A stretch of DNA of 64,000 bases from IMG/VR virus record IMGVR_UViG_3300028887_000002, positions 32,001 to 96,000 of that record, one strand, 5' to 3'. This DNA is from a virus (taxonomy: Duplodnaviria; Heunggongvirae; Uroviricota; Caudoviricetes). Below are positions 19,461 through 29,497 of this stretch, one piece after another. The notes beneath the pieces are model-generated. The model did not search any database and was not told the origin of the DNA. It saw only the letters and a list, made by a program, of their open reading frames with translations. The translations under genes were made by a program, and so were the position numbers. The number at the start of each line of letters is the position of its first letter. Position 1 is the first letter of the stretch.

Positions 19461-20102
19461 ATGATGAAGAAACTTTTTGTGATTTTGGCAACAGTATTGT
19501 TCGCCGTAGCAATGACTTCCTGTAAGTCTTGTAGTAAACCAGACGAACCGAAAGGTTGGAACTACGATGAAGTAGTTAAGGCAGATTATGATTATATTGC
19601 AAGCCAATATAGTCCATTTTATTTTTATGAGGTAGATGTTTTGTTTGATACAATCCTACCTTGCCATGAGGCATATGTCGAATCAATTCGCACTGTCTTT
19701 CAGTATGAAGACACTTGTCCTGAAAATTCCTTTGTAATTTTCATAGAACACAATGCTGATATGACAACCGATACCATTATTGAAAAGGGTTATTGGTTGG
19801 AATGCATGGATATGAGTGCTTATAATGCTGTTTCTTTTGATTCCTGTATGAATATAATTGAACCATATAGGGATACGTTGTTGACACGTGCAATGACATT
19901 CCGTAGAGTTCTTGCACCACCTTTCCCAGAAAACGGACAATATATATTTGGCGTTGGCATTCTAGTTGTTGATTCAAAGACTGGCGAGATTGTTAATTGG
20001 GATGCTGAAAAAACAAGTGAAGGTCGTTTTGCAGTCAAGCCGTTGGATGAACCGAAACCAATTGTTGACGTTATAATGGTTGAAGAATGTGAAGAAGAAT
20101 AG
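19461..20102 (+). CDS. putative lipoprotein
   Basis: MKK, hydrophobic stretch, then MTS-C lipobox. Confidence 0.7.
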   Translation: MMKKLFVILATVLFAVAMTSCKSCSKPDEPKGWNYDEVVKADYDYIASQYSPFYFYEVDVLFDTILPCHEAYVESIRTVFQYEDTCPENSFVIFIEHNADMTTDTIIEKGYWLECMDMSAYNAVSFDSCMNIIEPYRDTLLTRAMTFRRVLAPPFPENGQYIFGVGILVVDSKTGEIVNWDAEKTSEGRFAVKPLDEPKPIVDVIMVEECEEE

Positions 20103-20120
20103 ATAATGATTTTTCTTTAT

Positions 20121-20165
20121 AAAAGATAAGAGCCTGTCGTGATTGATAGACTCTTATCTTTTTTT
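20121..20165. terminator. bidirectional intrinsic terminator
   Basis: AAAGATAAGAG...CTCTTATCTTT hairpin between convergent genes. Confidence 0.75.
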
Positions 20166-20655
20166 ATATGGTTTCTAACTTACCAACGCAACTGCACCAG
20201 CAGATATTTCCTCCTTCGGTTTCAATCAGCCAATAGGTATCCATAAAGTCAGCGCCAATGCCTACGAGCCTACCAGTAGTATACCCATCGGTTACTACAA
20301 TTTTCTCCTTGTTTGATAAATAGTCCTCGTATATCTCCTTCAAAGGGAATGTTTCCTGTCGGGGCGACCATGTTCCTTTCACTATTGCTTCTAACTCGTG
20401 TTCAGTATATATGTGACGGATTTTGCCGTATTTATATGAAGAAAGGATTTTTCTTAATTCCGTGTTGTCTTTTTCAAAGTTTTTATAGTTTGTGCGTACA
20501 TCCCCATAGGCAATATTATCAACTTGGGTGATAAACTTCAACATATCGTGCGACACAACAAACGCCTTCTCTAACAACTTGCGAAATTGTTCCAAATCGT
20601 CAATCAACAGATAGTCTTTTTTCTTAGTTTTTGGCATAGTCTTATTTTTTTTCAA
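20164..20655 (-). CDS. hypothetical protein
   Basis: 163 aa ORF; start uncertain. Confidence 0.65.
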   Translation of the reverse strand: MKKNKTMPKTKKKDYLLIDDLEQFRKLLEKAFVVSHDMLKFITQVDNIAYGDVRTNYKNFEKDNTELRKILSSYKYGKIRHIYTEHELEAIVKGTWSPRQETFPLKEIYEDYLSNKEKIVVTDGYTTGRLVGIGADFMDTYWLIETEGGNICWCSCVGKLETI

Positions 20656-20939
20656 TATAAATCTTCTGAAAATAGTCTTTTCTTTTGTTCACTAATCTGA
20701 CCTGCTTCAAATGCTATCTTTGCAGCCTCTTCTCTACTAACAAATCGACCTTTAGAGGTATAGAAGCCTTGGTCGTAAGGATTGTTAGAGGCTTCGCCTT
20801 TGAACCTATGAAGAATATCAGCGTGTCTATATCCAATTTCTATATCATATATATCGTTTTGCCAATATATCTTCGGACACTCTCTTGTTGAGACTCGCTT
20901 GATTGCTGCGCACAATATGTATTCAGTCTTCGTTTCCAT
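20652..20939 (-). CDS. conserved hypothetical phage protein
   Basis: ILCAAI...G.RH...QGF.TSKGRFVSREEA...LFSEDLY. Confidence 0.75.
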   Translation of the reverse strand: METKTEYILCAAIKRVSTRECPKIYWQNDIYDIEIGYRHADILHRFKGEASNNPYDQGFYTSKGRFVSREEAAKIAFEAGQISEQKKRLFSEDLY

Positions 20940-20977
20940 TATTCTTTCTTTTTTTACCGAACATTGTTTTGAAATCG

Positions 20978-21017
20978 CAAATATATGAACTATTTTTCAC
21001 TTAACCAAATATTTATT
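20978..21017. promoter_or_regulatory. divergent pair: host-type promoter (-) and TATTTATT motif (+)
   Basis: TTTG-N20-TATATTTG; TATTTATT at 21010-21017. Confidence 0.65.
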
Positions 21018-21038
21018 AAAAAAATTTAATTATATTAT

Positions 21039-22496
21039 ATGAACTACATAGACTGCATAGTGAACGAGACCATACATAGATACGTCCTGAACGAGTCGGC
21101 CACCGACCGTTTCATTGATAACCTCATATTGAAAAACCTTCCCGAAAGGGCGAAGGGACTGATAAATACACCGTTGAATGTGATAGTGAAGGAACATCCA
21201 GAGGCACTGAACGGCGTGGCGCTGAACGAGAACCCTGAAGTGATGCAGAAGTACGGCGACCTTCCGCTGAAGGACTTCATAAGGGTTTCGATAATGCAGA
21301 TGTTCGACATCGGTCACGGAAAAGGACCGAAGAAGTACCTGCGTGGCATCTTCCGCATAATGCTTGACGAGATACGCTGTCTGTCGAACCCCGACCAAAA
21401 CGCCGTCAACCAGTTGAAGGACGACGTGATGTATATTATGCAGGCCTCGCAGAACGGCACCGACCCTGAGGCGTCGCAGATGGACGGGAATCTGAACGGG
21501 CTGTCGCTCTCGCAGATAAACCGCACGTTTAAGGAGAAGCGCAAGGCGTTCTTCGCGAATATCCGCAACAGGCTGTCCAGTACCTTCAAGGGCAAGTCTA
21601 ATGCTCCGAGGTACGAGAAGGTTGTCATAACCGACCAGAAGCAGTGTACAAAATATGCGCCTTATACCAAGTGGTGCATAACGTGGAGTCCCGCGAACTA
21701 CAACATCTACACGCAGGGAGGCAGGAGGTTCTACATGTTCCTGAGGGAAGGCTACCAAAATGTCAGGTGCGAGGTCGGCGAGAACTGCCCGTTCGACGAC
21801 TACGGGATGAGTATGGTGTCGGTCTTGGTCGACATGGAAGGCAACATCGCCATCATAACGACGAGGTGGAACCACGACCACGACGGCGAGATGAGTCCGC
21901 CGTCGCAGGAGCAGATAGAGATGGTCATGAACCTTATGGGCGTGAACCTGTACAGGGAATGCCCCCCGTATACAAGGGACGAACTGAAGGCGATGGGCAT
22001 CACGCCGTTTGAGGACGTACCTGAACTGCTCACCCAGGGGGTCGACCCAATGGAGATATTCAGTCGGATTGGTGATTTCTACGACGGGTTCGCAAGGGTT
22101 GAACTGAACAGGAAATGGAACTACTTCACGACTGATGGGATGTTGCTCTCACCCGACCAGTGGTTTGATGCTGCTGGTAATTTTTTCGAAGGGTTCGCGG
22201 GGGTTGTACTGAACAACGGGAAATGGAACTTCCTTACGACTGATGGTCAGATATTATATAAGCCAAATGAACCCGACCAGTGGTTCGATGATGCTTATTA
22301 TTTTCACGAAGGGTTTGCTTTGGTTGAAGTGAACAGGAAAGACTATTGGTTGCGTAAGGACGGGGTATTGTGTGACTATCACACGAAGCAACCAATAGGT
22401 GATATGAATGAATCCTATGATATGAAATCCGTACTGCTGAACGAGTCGGTACAGAAGTGCAAGGACTTGTGGTACAGGATAATGAGAAATAACTAA
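21039..22496 (+). CDS. WG-repeat protein (3 repeats), paralog of 35946-37832
   Basis: F.EGFA.V..N.KWN...DG repeats; N-terminal ~330 aa nearly identical to the paralog. Confidence 0.85.
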   Translation: MNYIDCIVNETIHRYVLNESATDRFIDNLILKNLPERAKGLINTPLNVIVKEHPEALNGVALNENPEVMQKYGDLPLKDFIRVSIMQMFDIGHGKGPKKYLRGIFRIMLDEIRCLSNPDQNAVNQLKDDVMYIMQASQNGTDPEASQMDGNLNGLSLSQINRTFKEKRKAFFANIRNRLSSTFKGKSNAPRYEKVVITDQKQCTKYAPYTKWCITWSPANYNIYTQGGRRFYMFLREGYQNVRCEVGENCPFDDYGMSMVSVLVDMEGNIAIITTRWNHDHDGEMSPPSQEQIEMVMNLMGVNLYRECPPYTRDELKAMGITPFEDVPELLTQGVDPMEIFSRIGDFYDGFARVELNRKWNYFTTDGMLLSPDQWFDAAGNFFEGFAGVVLNNGKWNFLTTDGQILYKPNEPDQWFDDAYYFHEGFALVEVNRKDYWLRKDGVLCDYHTKQPIGDMNESYDMKSVLLNESVQKCKDLWYRIMRNN

Positions 22497-22511
22497 CATA
22501 TTTTAAATTTA

Positions 22512-24083
22512 ATGCAAAGAAGAATCGATGAGATGATGGATGAAATAGAATCATCTGAAATAAACCTCAAGCCGTTCAAGCCCAAGAATGAACTTGAACC
22601 ACACCTATGGGTTGACGGAAAGTTGGATTCAAGGGTTAGGCTTAAACTGTTGGATATTGCTGATGATTTTATTAAGACATTGAATATAAAGTGGGTGAAA
22701 CCATTGGATATTGTTCTTACGGGTTCGATTGCCAATTACAACTGGTCAGAATTCTCGGATATTGATGTCCACGTTATAATGGATTATGATGAGGTATCGC
22801 CGAAAAGGGAGTTTGTTGAAAAATACTTCAAGACAAAAAGGGATGAATGGTCGGAAGCACATGATGAACTCACTATATTCGGTTATCCAGTTGAAATGTT
22901 TGTTGAGGATAGTGAAAACCCGTCAGACAGTTCGGGAGTGTATTCACTGAACAGTAACAAGTGGCTTGTAAAGCCCACCGATATGAAGGAAATGGAAAGT
23001 GACCCTGAATATGTTAAGGATGTTGCTGCAAAAATAATCACCAAGATTGAGTCTCTCTGTGACAAGATTGAAACAGAAACTGACACGGTAAAGGTTCGCA
23101 AGGCAACCGACAAGTTGGAAAAAATATACGACTACCTCAAACATGCAAGACAGAAATCACTGAAGGAAGACGGCGAGATGGGGTTTGGAAATATCCTGTG
23201 GAAGATTGTAAAGCATATGGGGTATATTGAAATGCTCTGGGACTGCTTCAATACCTCATACGACAAGTCGAACTCGCTTAACGAGGGTTGGTTGTTCGGT
23301 GCTGGTGGAATGTTCAGTCAATATAACAATATGGTGAATATTCCTAACAATAATGTCAATGCCGTTGAACAGATGATTAAGCAATACAATGACAAGATGA
23401 GGGAATATGGGGTTAAACCGAAAGGCTATAAGACAGCCAAGAACAATAACTACTTTACTACCTATTACTTCAATGACAATAGGCTTGCAAATACCATACG
23501 TCAGAGCAACTATAGTATGGAAGCAATGTATCGTCAGGCTTCGCAACCTCAGCAACAGCAACAAGCCCCAAACGGTCAGCAACAGACGGCTAATAATCAA
23601 CAAGCACAGCGACCTGCAACGACTGGACAACAAGCACAGCCGACAACTGGAACTACACAACAACGACCAGTTAATACCACAGCATCGTTACGTCCGAAAC
23701 AACCGTCGTCACAGCAACAGTCACCAAATATTCAACAGACTTCACAACTCCAAAAGTCCACACCAACTAGCTTGCCACATGTGACACAGCACCAGTCATT
23801 ATTATATGCTGACTCCATTTTTAATGGTAAGTTGACTAGAGTTAATAAAACACCAAGTGAAGATAGTGTGTTTGAATTGAACCCCGTAGGAAGTAATAAG
23901 GCAAATGTAACGCTTAATAAAAATGCTTATAGAAAAATATTGGCCAACCCATCTTATCTTGATGGATGTAAATATCAAATAATAGGTTATAACGATGTTG
24001 TAGTCAATAAGCAAGGTGTGGCTCAAAAGGATGATAATGGTAAGTGGGTTATCACTACTCCACCTGAAATTTTATTAAAATAA
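22512..24083 (+). CDS. Pol-beta-family nucleotidyltransferase fused to a Gln-rich C-terminal region
   Basis: GSIANYNWSEFSDIDVH motif; SLNEG junction; Q-rich linker. Confidence 0.75.
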   Translation: MQRRIDEMMDEIESSEINLKPFKPKNELEPHLWVDGKLDSRVRLKLLDIADDFIKTLNIKWVKPLDIVLTGSIANYNWSEFSDIDVHVIMDYDEVSPKREFVEKYFKTKRDEWSEAHDELTIFGYPVEMFVEDSENPSDSSGVYSLNSNKWLVKPTDMKEMESDPEYVKDVAAKIITKIESLCDKIETETDTVKVRKATDKLEKIYDYLKHARQKSLKEDGEMGFGNILWKIVKHMGYIEMLWDCFNTSYDKSNSLNEGWLFGAGGMFSQYNNMVNIPNNNVNAVEQMIKQYNDKMREYGVKPKGYKTAKNNNYFTTYYFNDNRLANTIRQSNYSMEAMYRQASQPQQQQQAPNGQQQTANNQQAQRPATTGQQAQPTTGTTQQRPVNTTASLRPKQPSSQQQSPNIQQTSQLQKSTPTSLPHVTQHQSLLYADSIFNGKLTRVNKTPSEDSVFELNPVGSNKANVTLNKNAYRKILANPSYLDGCKYQIIGYNDVVVNKQGVAQKDDNGKWVITTPPEILLK

Positions 24084-24117
24084 TTGAAATATTTTTGTAT
24101 TTTTTGGAATACAATTA

Positions 24118-24125
24118 TATTTATA
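24118..24125 (+). promoter_or_regulatory. putative late promoter TATTTATA
   Basis: 31 nt before the ATG at 24157; recurrent motif. Confidence 0.55.
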
Positions 24126-24156
24126 AGAAAAAATAATGATATATAATTAAGACATT

Positions 24157-25710
24157 ATGGCTGATTATTCTAACGAAATATCGAGAATGCAATTCTTGAT
24201 GGGTTTTAACAACAATATCAACGAGAGCAAGGATAATTCCTCGGCAATCGAATATTCGATGGAAGGCGCTGACGGTAAGACCTATGGTATCATAAAGGAA
24301 GGTACTAAGTATTATATAAAGGTCGCTCCGAAGAAAAACAGTGCAGTATTGCTTGAAGACTATGACTACATCGGTGGTATCAACGAGAAGAAGAAATATG
24401 AATATTCTTCGTACAACATGGCATCAAAGCAGTTTGACCTCAAACTTATGTCAATCAACGAGGCTTGCCACGCAAACAAGCCAGTGGTTCAGCCGACCGA
24501 AAGCGCTGAATGGCAGGTTAAGGAAACAAAGGAAATGCGCAAGGAACTTGACCGTTTCAACCAAATCTGTGAGAATGTAAACAACCTTCTCAGCGAGAAC
24601 AACGCATTCTTCCTTGACAGACCAACCGCTTGCGGAAAGAACGCACCACAGGGCAAGGATTCTTCAAACCCGTTTTCAATGGTTCTCACCAATGCCGACA
24701 TGGAATTTGACGGCAAGAAGGTAACTGACCCAGCAAAGGCTGACAAGACCTATGACAAGAAGGCTGAGGCTGAAGAAGACTACAAGGGTACAAAGCATAC
24801 CGACCCCAAGACCGCCGACGATACTTTCTCGGAAAAGGGAAAGAAGATAAACGAAGGAAGAACATTCCGTCTGACTGAAGAACAGGTTCTCGCATGGAGC
24901 AAGTCGAAGGACTTCATTGATATGAGCAAGGGTACAAAGAAGGGTTCGACCAAGCCTTACGAATACATTGAGGAGCCAATCAACGAGGAAACCCAGATGG
25001 CCGAGTTCGGCGAGACTGACGTTAAGCCGTTGCCAGCAGGTATCGGTGATGCTGACGGAAAGGGTGAGCCTTTTAACGATGAGGTTAATGAATCGGATGA
25101 AGATAACACGATTGAAATCATTATCAACGCTGACGGTGATGACGATATTCTCTGTGATGATGAAGGTTGTATTGATTTGGGTGACGAAGAGGTTGAAGTA
25201 GAGGATGACGATGAGGAAGATGATTTTGAAGATGATGAGGAGGAAGTTATTGACCTCACCGATATTCTTGATGACGAAGAACCTGTCGAAGATGAAACCG
25301 AAGAATCTGAAATAGAACTTGACTTTGACGATGAAGAGTCTGACGAAGACGAAGACTTGGATGACGAAGAAGATGACTTTGATTTTGAGGACGAAGAGGA
25401 AGAAGAAATCGACCTTGATGATGAGGAAGATGATTTTGACGACGAAGAAGATTTTGAAGAAGATGATGATGAAGAACGTCTTGATGAATCAAACGACCCA
25501 CAATACTTCGGTGAACACCCAGCATACGGCAAGGAACCAATGGAATACGGCAACTATGAAGAACCGAGTGGTCGTAAGGACTGGAATGACGAATCAGCAA
25601 AGGGACGCAAGAGATTTGGGTTGAAGAAGGGTTCAAACTTCCCATACACCAACAAGTCGGTTTCTGATGCTGTAAGCGAAGCAATGTCGCGTGTGTTAAA
25701 AAAAAAATAA
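24157..25710 (+). CDS. acidic virion/scaffold-like protein
   Basis: About 130 aa D/E tract; many INE/VNE motifs; ends in an A10 tract. Confidence 0.75.
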   Translation: MADYSNEISRMQFLMGFNNNINESKDNSSAIEYSMEGADGKTYGIIKEGTKYYIKVAPKKNSAVLLEDYDYIGGINEKKKYEYSSYNMASKQFDLKLMSINEACHANKPVVQPTESAEWQVKETKEMRKELDRFNQICENVNNLLSENNAFFLDRPTACGKNAPQGKDSSNPFSMVLTNADMEFDGKKVTDPAKADKTYDKKAEAEEDYKGTKHTDPKTADDTFSEKGKKINEGRTFRLTEEQVLAWSKSKDFIDMSKGTKKGSTKPYEYIEEPINEETQMAEFGETDVKPLPAGIGDADGKGEPFNDEVNESDEDNTIEIIINADGDDDILCDDEGCIDLGDEEVEVEDDDEEDDFEDDEEEVIDLTDILDDEEPVEDETEESEIELDFDDEESDEDEDLDDEEDDFDFEDEEEEEIDLDDEEDDFDDEEDFEEDDDEERLDESNDPQYFGEHPAYGKEPMEYGNYEEPSGRKDWNDESAKGRKRFGLKKGSNFPYTNKSVSDAVSEAMSRVLKKK

Positions 25711-25757
25711 ATGAACGTAAGGTATTAAGAGTACCTCATACTGAACCCGCCCTGGAT

Positions 25758-26351
25758 ATGGCTGACCAGGGCGGGGCAGACTTCGGTCAGATGCCCCCTA
25801 TGCCGCCTATGGATATGAATGGCGGTATGCCCCCAATGGGCAATAACATGATGCCACCTGCTGACGATGGTGAAAATTACGAGGCTGATATGAACATTGA
25901 TGTTGAAGCCGATGAAAACACCGAGCCTGAAAAATACATACAGCAGGTTACTGGCAAACTCAGCCAATCCTTAAGAAAATACAACGAATCACTACCACAG
26001 CCAGATGCTGACCTCAACAAGTATGTTGCTGGAATGATAAACGCACAGGCACTTAAGGGTCTTTCAAAGGAAGATGCTGATGAAATAATCAAGAAGATAC
26101 AGGACGATACTGCGAATCCCGAACAATCACAGGGTAACGAAGGTGGTGAAATGCCGAACGATATGCAACCGCCAATGCAAGGTGATGAAGGTGGAATGCA
26201 ACCGCAGGGTAATGAACCCCCAATGATGGAAGGCCGTTTGTCTGAAAGGACTATTTCAACCTTGAAGAAAAATGACGATATAAGTGCTGAACCTAAGAAG
26301 AAAAAATCCTTCAAAACGTCACCTTATAATTCGCCTTCGTGGAAGAAATAA
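25758..26351 (+). CDS. Met/Pro/Gly-rich protein, possibly the -1 frameshift extension of 24157-25710
   Basis: Frame is open back to the A10 tract (25698-25707). Confidence 0.7.
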   Translation: MADQGGADFGQMPPMPPMDMNGGMPPMGNNMMPPADDGENYEADMNIDVEADENTEPEKYIQQVTGKLSQSLRKYNESLPQPDADLNKYVAGMINAQALKGLSKEDADEIIKKIQDDTANPEQSQGNEGGEMPNDMQPPMQGDEGGMQPQGNEPPMMEGRLSERTISTLKKNDDISAEPKKKKSFKTSPYNSPSWKK

Positions 26352-26379
26352 TGCTGATTGTATAATACACAAGAAATAT

Positions 26380-26410
26380 TTTGCCAAGTGAAAAATATAT
26401 ACTACTTTTG
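26380..26410 (+). promoter_or_regulatory. Bacteroidota sigmaA-type promoter
   Basis: TTTG-N19-TACTTTTG. Confidence 0.7.
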
Positions 26411-26429
26411 TAGTATATATTTTTTTTTT

Positions 26430-26861
26430 ATGAAACGACAACCAAGAATTTCAAAAGAAATCAAATTAGATGATTTGAATTTCAAAAGTACCTACGGAAC
26501 TTTTAACCGTAACATTCCAAATGTAATTTATATCAATGGGAAGACAAAGGTTAAACCTATCGTTGAAAAGACTGACTATTCAATGGATTCAAGGAATATA
26601 AAGAAATCCTTCACAAATTTTGTTGATAAAACCGTGAAGGATAATGATACTTTCTTTGATGAATATATATGTACTTGCGATGTAAGCGAGAATGGTCTGG
26701 AATATGGGAAGAGAAGCAATCTGAAGTATTCGGTTTTCCTAAAGCCCAAGGAATTGAAACCGATTGAGGATTATCTTTCTGTTATCAGTAACTTTAATGC
26801 AACCGTAACTAGTTTTCTGAGTGAAGAGTTGAACGAAAGAGGCTTTGAGACTAGGTACTAG
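26430..26861 (+). CDS. hypothetical protein
   Basis: Start moved to MKRQP. Confidence 0.7.
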   Translation: MKRQPRISKEIKLDDLNFKSTYGTFNRNIPNVIYINGKTKVKPIVEKTDYSMDSRNIKKSFTNFVDKTVKDNDTFFDEYICTCDVSENGLEYGKRSNLKYSVFLKPKELKPIEDYLSVISNFNATVTSFLSEELNERGFETRY

Positions 26862-28546
26862 TTTTCGGTTTCCTCTTCCACCTCAGCAGTACACATGACA
26901 CCATTACATTCAAAAGAGACCGTCTTTGCTGAAGGATTCAGTGGTGTCCAGTACTTAATGTGGATGAGTTCTCCGTCAACATTGCCCCACTTGCACGGCT
27001 TTATACATTTGTAGCAGTCGGTATCACCGACCAACTCGTCAATAACGTCAGGATATTCCTTGCATGTCACCTGAAAAGCCTTGTTGAGCATTCGTGCTTG
27101 CCATTTATTAACTAACTTTACAAGCCCAATCATTCGGTTGAAATTAGACAAACCAACTTTCAACCAGCCGAACTTTGTTTTCTTGATGGGTATGAGACAG
27201 TGGTCGATTTTGAACCATAGTTTAGTCCACCAACTGCCACCGTACCATACGCGGTAGCCACAAAGTATCTGGGCAAGACCCCCATCCCAAAAGGTTAAAT
27301 ATTCGTCACGATAGCAATTGCCACACCAGTAACCCTTTCCATTTTGTCTTACATATATGATATGATTTGGAACTGTACAACAATATACTTCGCCATCATA
27401 GTCAACCCATTCTTCGGTAAAATTCTTTATAAGTCCATGTCTTACTTTTGAAGTTTCAATCTCAACTTCTTTGTTCTTCATCCAATTTATTTCATATGAT
27501 GGTTTTTTTGATATTATTTTATGTCCACTCTCTTTTATTATTGATGTTTTATGTCTATCACGTATACGTACTCTAAATGTATCTCCACATTTCAATATTA
27601 ATTCACATACATCATCAGATAACTGTTTAGATGTTGTAGTTAATATGTTGCTGGTTTTCGCTTGGTGTCCATCCCCGATATATAAATATTCCAAAAACAA
27701 ACGGATTGACTCTTTATCGAGTTCTTTTATGAAAGAAGGAACTTTTTTATTTTCAGCACCACGTCCACAATTATTTGTAATCCATTCTCTTAATAATGGT
27801 TGGCTAAAATATTTGAAAGAGTTTGGTTTATTAGTATGAGGAATGAAGCCCATATTACTGATTAATGATTTTGCTAGTTCTGTTTCGGTATATGGGTTAT
27901 GTGCAATGTTAATTGTTGTTTTATAAGTAAATCCTTCAGCAACATAAAACCCTAAAAATTTCAAAAAGGGTTTCATTTCAATTCGTACTTCACTGTAATG
28001 GTCGATTCTTGTGTACGGTTTACTTTTCCGATTAACCTTTACAATTTTTTCAGTTGCAGGAATTACGAAAAATTCTTCAGGTGTTTTGCCGTCCCATTTT
28101 ACATCCTTCTTAAATCGCTTGTCTTGCCCAAAATAAGTGTCAGGTGTTGTTAATTCAAATGGGTGACACCGTTTTTCTTGTTTTTTGAAATATGAGCCTT
28201 TGCTAACATATAAATTATGATTTGGTGTTACAAGAATATCAAGCCCTCTATTCATAAGTTTATACATTTTCCCTTCATAATGATAATGTATAATATCGGT
28301 TGGGCGATTATATTCAAGATACTCACCGTCTTTGAGTGTCGCAACTTCATCTTCCATAGTTATATCTTTTATATTTTTCCAACCATTTTTAGTTAAGATT
28401 TCAGCGGAATCCGTAAAGCATCCCCACTTTTCTTTCCCACACACACCCATTCGCGCCCACTTGTGTATGCGTTTTTCAACAGCGTTTATCGCACTATATA
28501 AATTGTCGCCGTGTTCCTTAAACCAATCGTCACCCCATTCATGCAT
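26858..28546 (-). CDS. KEKWG-motif hypothetical protein containing an intein
   Basis: GKEKWG|intein|CYRDEY. Confidence 0.85.
   Translation of the reverse strand: MHEWGDDWFKEHGDNLYSAINAVEKRIHKWARMGVCGKEKWGCFTDSAEILTKNGWKNIKDITMEDEVATLKDGEYLEYNRPTDIIHYHYEGKMYKLMNRGLDILVTPNHNLYVSKGSYFKKQEKRCHPFELTTPDTYFGQDKRFKKDVKWDGKTPEEFFVIPATEKIVKVNRKSKPYTRIDHYSEVRIEMKPFLKFLGFYVAEGFTYKTTINIAHNPYTETELAKSLISNMGFIPHTNKPNSFKYFSQPLLREWITNNCGRGAENKKVPSFIKELDKESIRLFLEYLYIGDGHQAKTSNILTTTSKQLSDDVCELILKCGDTFRVRIRDRHKTSIIKESGHKIISKKPSYEINWMKNKEVEIETSKVRHGLIKNFTEEWVDYDGEVYCCTVPNHIIYVRQNGKGYWCGNCYRDEYLTFWDGGLAQILCGYRVWYGGSWWTKLWFKIDHCLIPIKKTKFGWLKVGLSNFNRMIGLVKLVNKWQARMLNKAFQVTCKEYPDVIDELVGDTDCYKCIKPCKWGNVDGELIHIKYWTPLNPSAKTVSFECNGVMCTAEVEEETEN
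27317..28420 (-). mobile_element. intein with LAGLIDADG homing endonuclease (368 aa)
   Basis: Starts CFTDSAEILT; block B VTPNH; FLGFYVAEG and LYIGDG motifs; ends VYCCTVPNH...WCGN followed by Cys+1. Confidence 0.92.
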
Positions 28547-28627
28547 AGTAGTTAATTTTTTTTTATGTTTATAAATATTGTTTTATAGGTTAATCAGCCG
28601 ATAGATTATATTTATAGGCTATTTAGC

Positions 28628-29497
28628 CTATAGTTTTGTTGCTTTATCCTTATATACAGCAATTCCTCTGGTATCAGTTGGTAGTTCAATCTTGCTATTA
28701 TCATTATATTCAATGATGTATTTTTGGTTTTCATTATCAATGTATATTTCAGACACACCATTTATTCCTGCCATATAATCAAAATCGGTTTGTTCAAGCG
28801 ACCTAATGCGTAGTATTGTTTCAGAAGTAGAATATTCAACATTTTCTTTATCTTTGTTTTTTGTTGATTTCAGCACACACTTATAGCAACCGTCTGGTGT
28901 GACTTCAACTTCGGTTTCTTGTTCGGGATAGTAGAAGGTATTGTTTTTAAGAATATTATCAATGGTTGAGTTATATTCGGGATTGGAAGATTCTATTTCA
29001 TATATTTCTTTTGTCTTATCATCCCATATGTAGCCATTCTTTTCAAGTTTGTTGAAGAAATTTTCTTTTTCACCAGGTGTTGCGTAACGATAAGATAAAT
29101 GTGGCAGATACATTGTGTCAGGGTCTTCGTTATATGCAATAAAAAAATTTGTATTTTCATTGTATCTATCATATATTAAAGTGTTGTGCTCATCCCTATC
29201 GTTTTTTGCTGTAATCACATCACCATGTTTAAACAGCACTTTCTGCCACTCAACCCAATTTCTATGTTTTTCTGATGGGAATAGCATACATTCTCCATCG
29301 GGACAGTTATGGAATTTACCATTAGCCGAAAACAAACGCGAATATCTGTGATTGTCGAATGTTTCTATTGCGTTTCTTTCTCCAACAGTATCATATACGC
29401 AGTTTAGTTCAACCTCACCAAAAATTGGGCTATATAATTTGAGACCTCTCGGCGCATCCTTCAAAATTTCACCAATGTTAACATTATTCTCGTTCAT
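28628..29497 (-). CDS. hypothetical protein, paralog of the 9049-10326 N-terminus
   Basis: LYSPIFG, ECMLFPS motifs. Confidence 0.75.
   Translation of the reverse strand: MNENNVNIGEILKDAPRGLKLYSPIFGEVELNCVYDTVGERNAIETFDNHRYSRLFSANGKFHNCPDGECMLFPSEKHRNWVEWQKVLFKHGDVITAKNDRDEHNTLIYDRYNENTNFFIAYNEDPDTMYLPHLSYRYATPGEKENFFNKLEKNGYIWDDKTKEIYEIESSNPEYNSTIDNILKNNTFYYPEQETEVEVTPDGCYKCVLKSTKNKDKENVEYSTSETILRIRSLEQTDFDYMAGINGVSEIYIDNENQKYIIEYNDNSKIELPTDTRGIAVYKDKATKL

Noticed and set aside
21030-25684. Long antisense ORFs (e.g. 21030-21881 and the poly-Ser ORF 24957-25553)
   Set aside because: Shadow frames of GC-richer or D/E-rich plus-strand genes.
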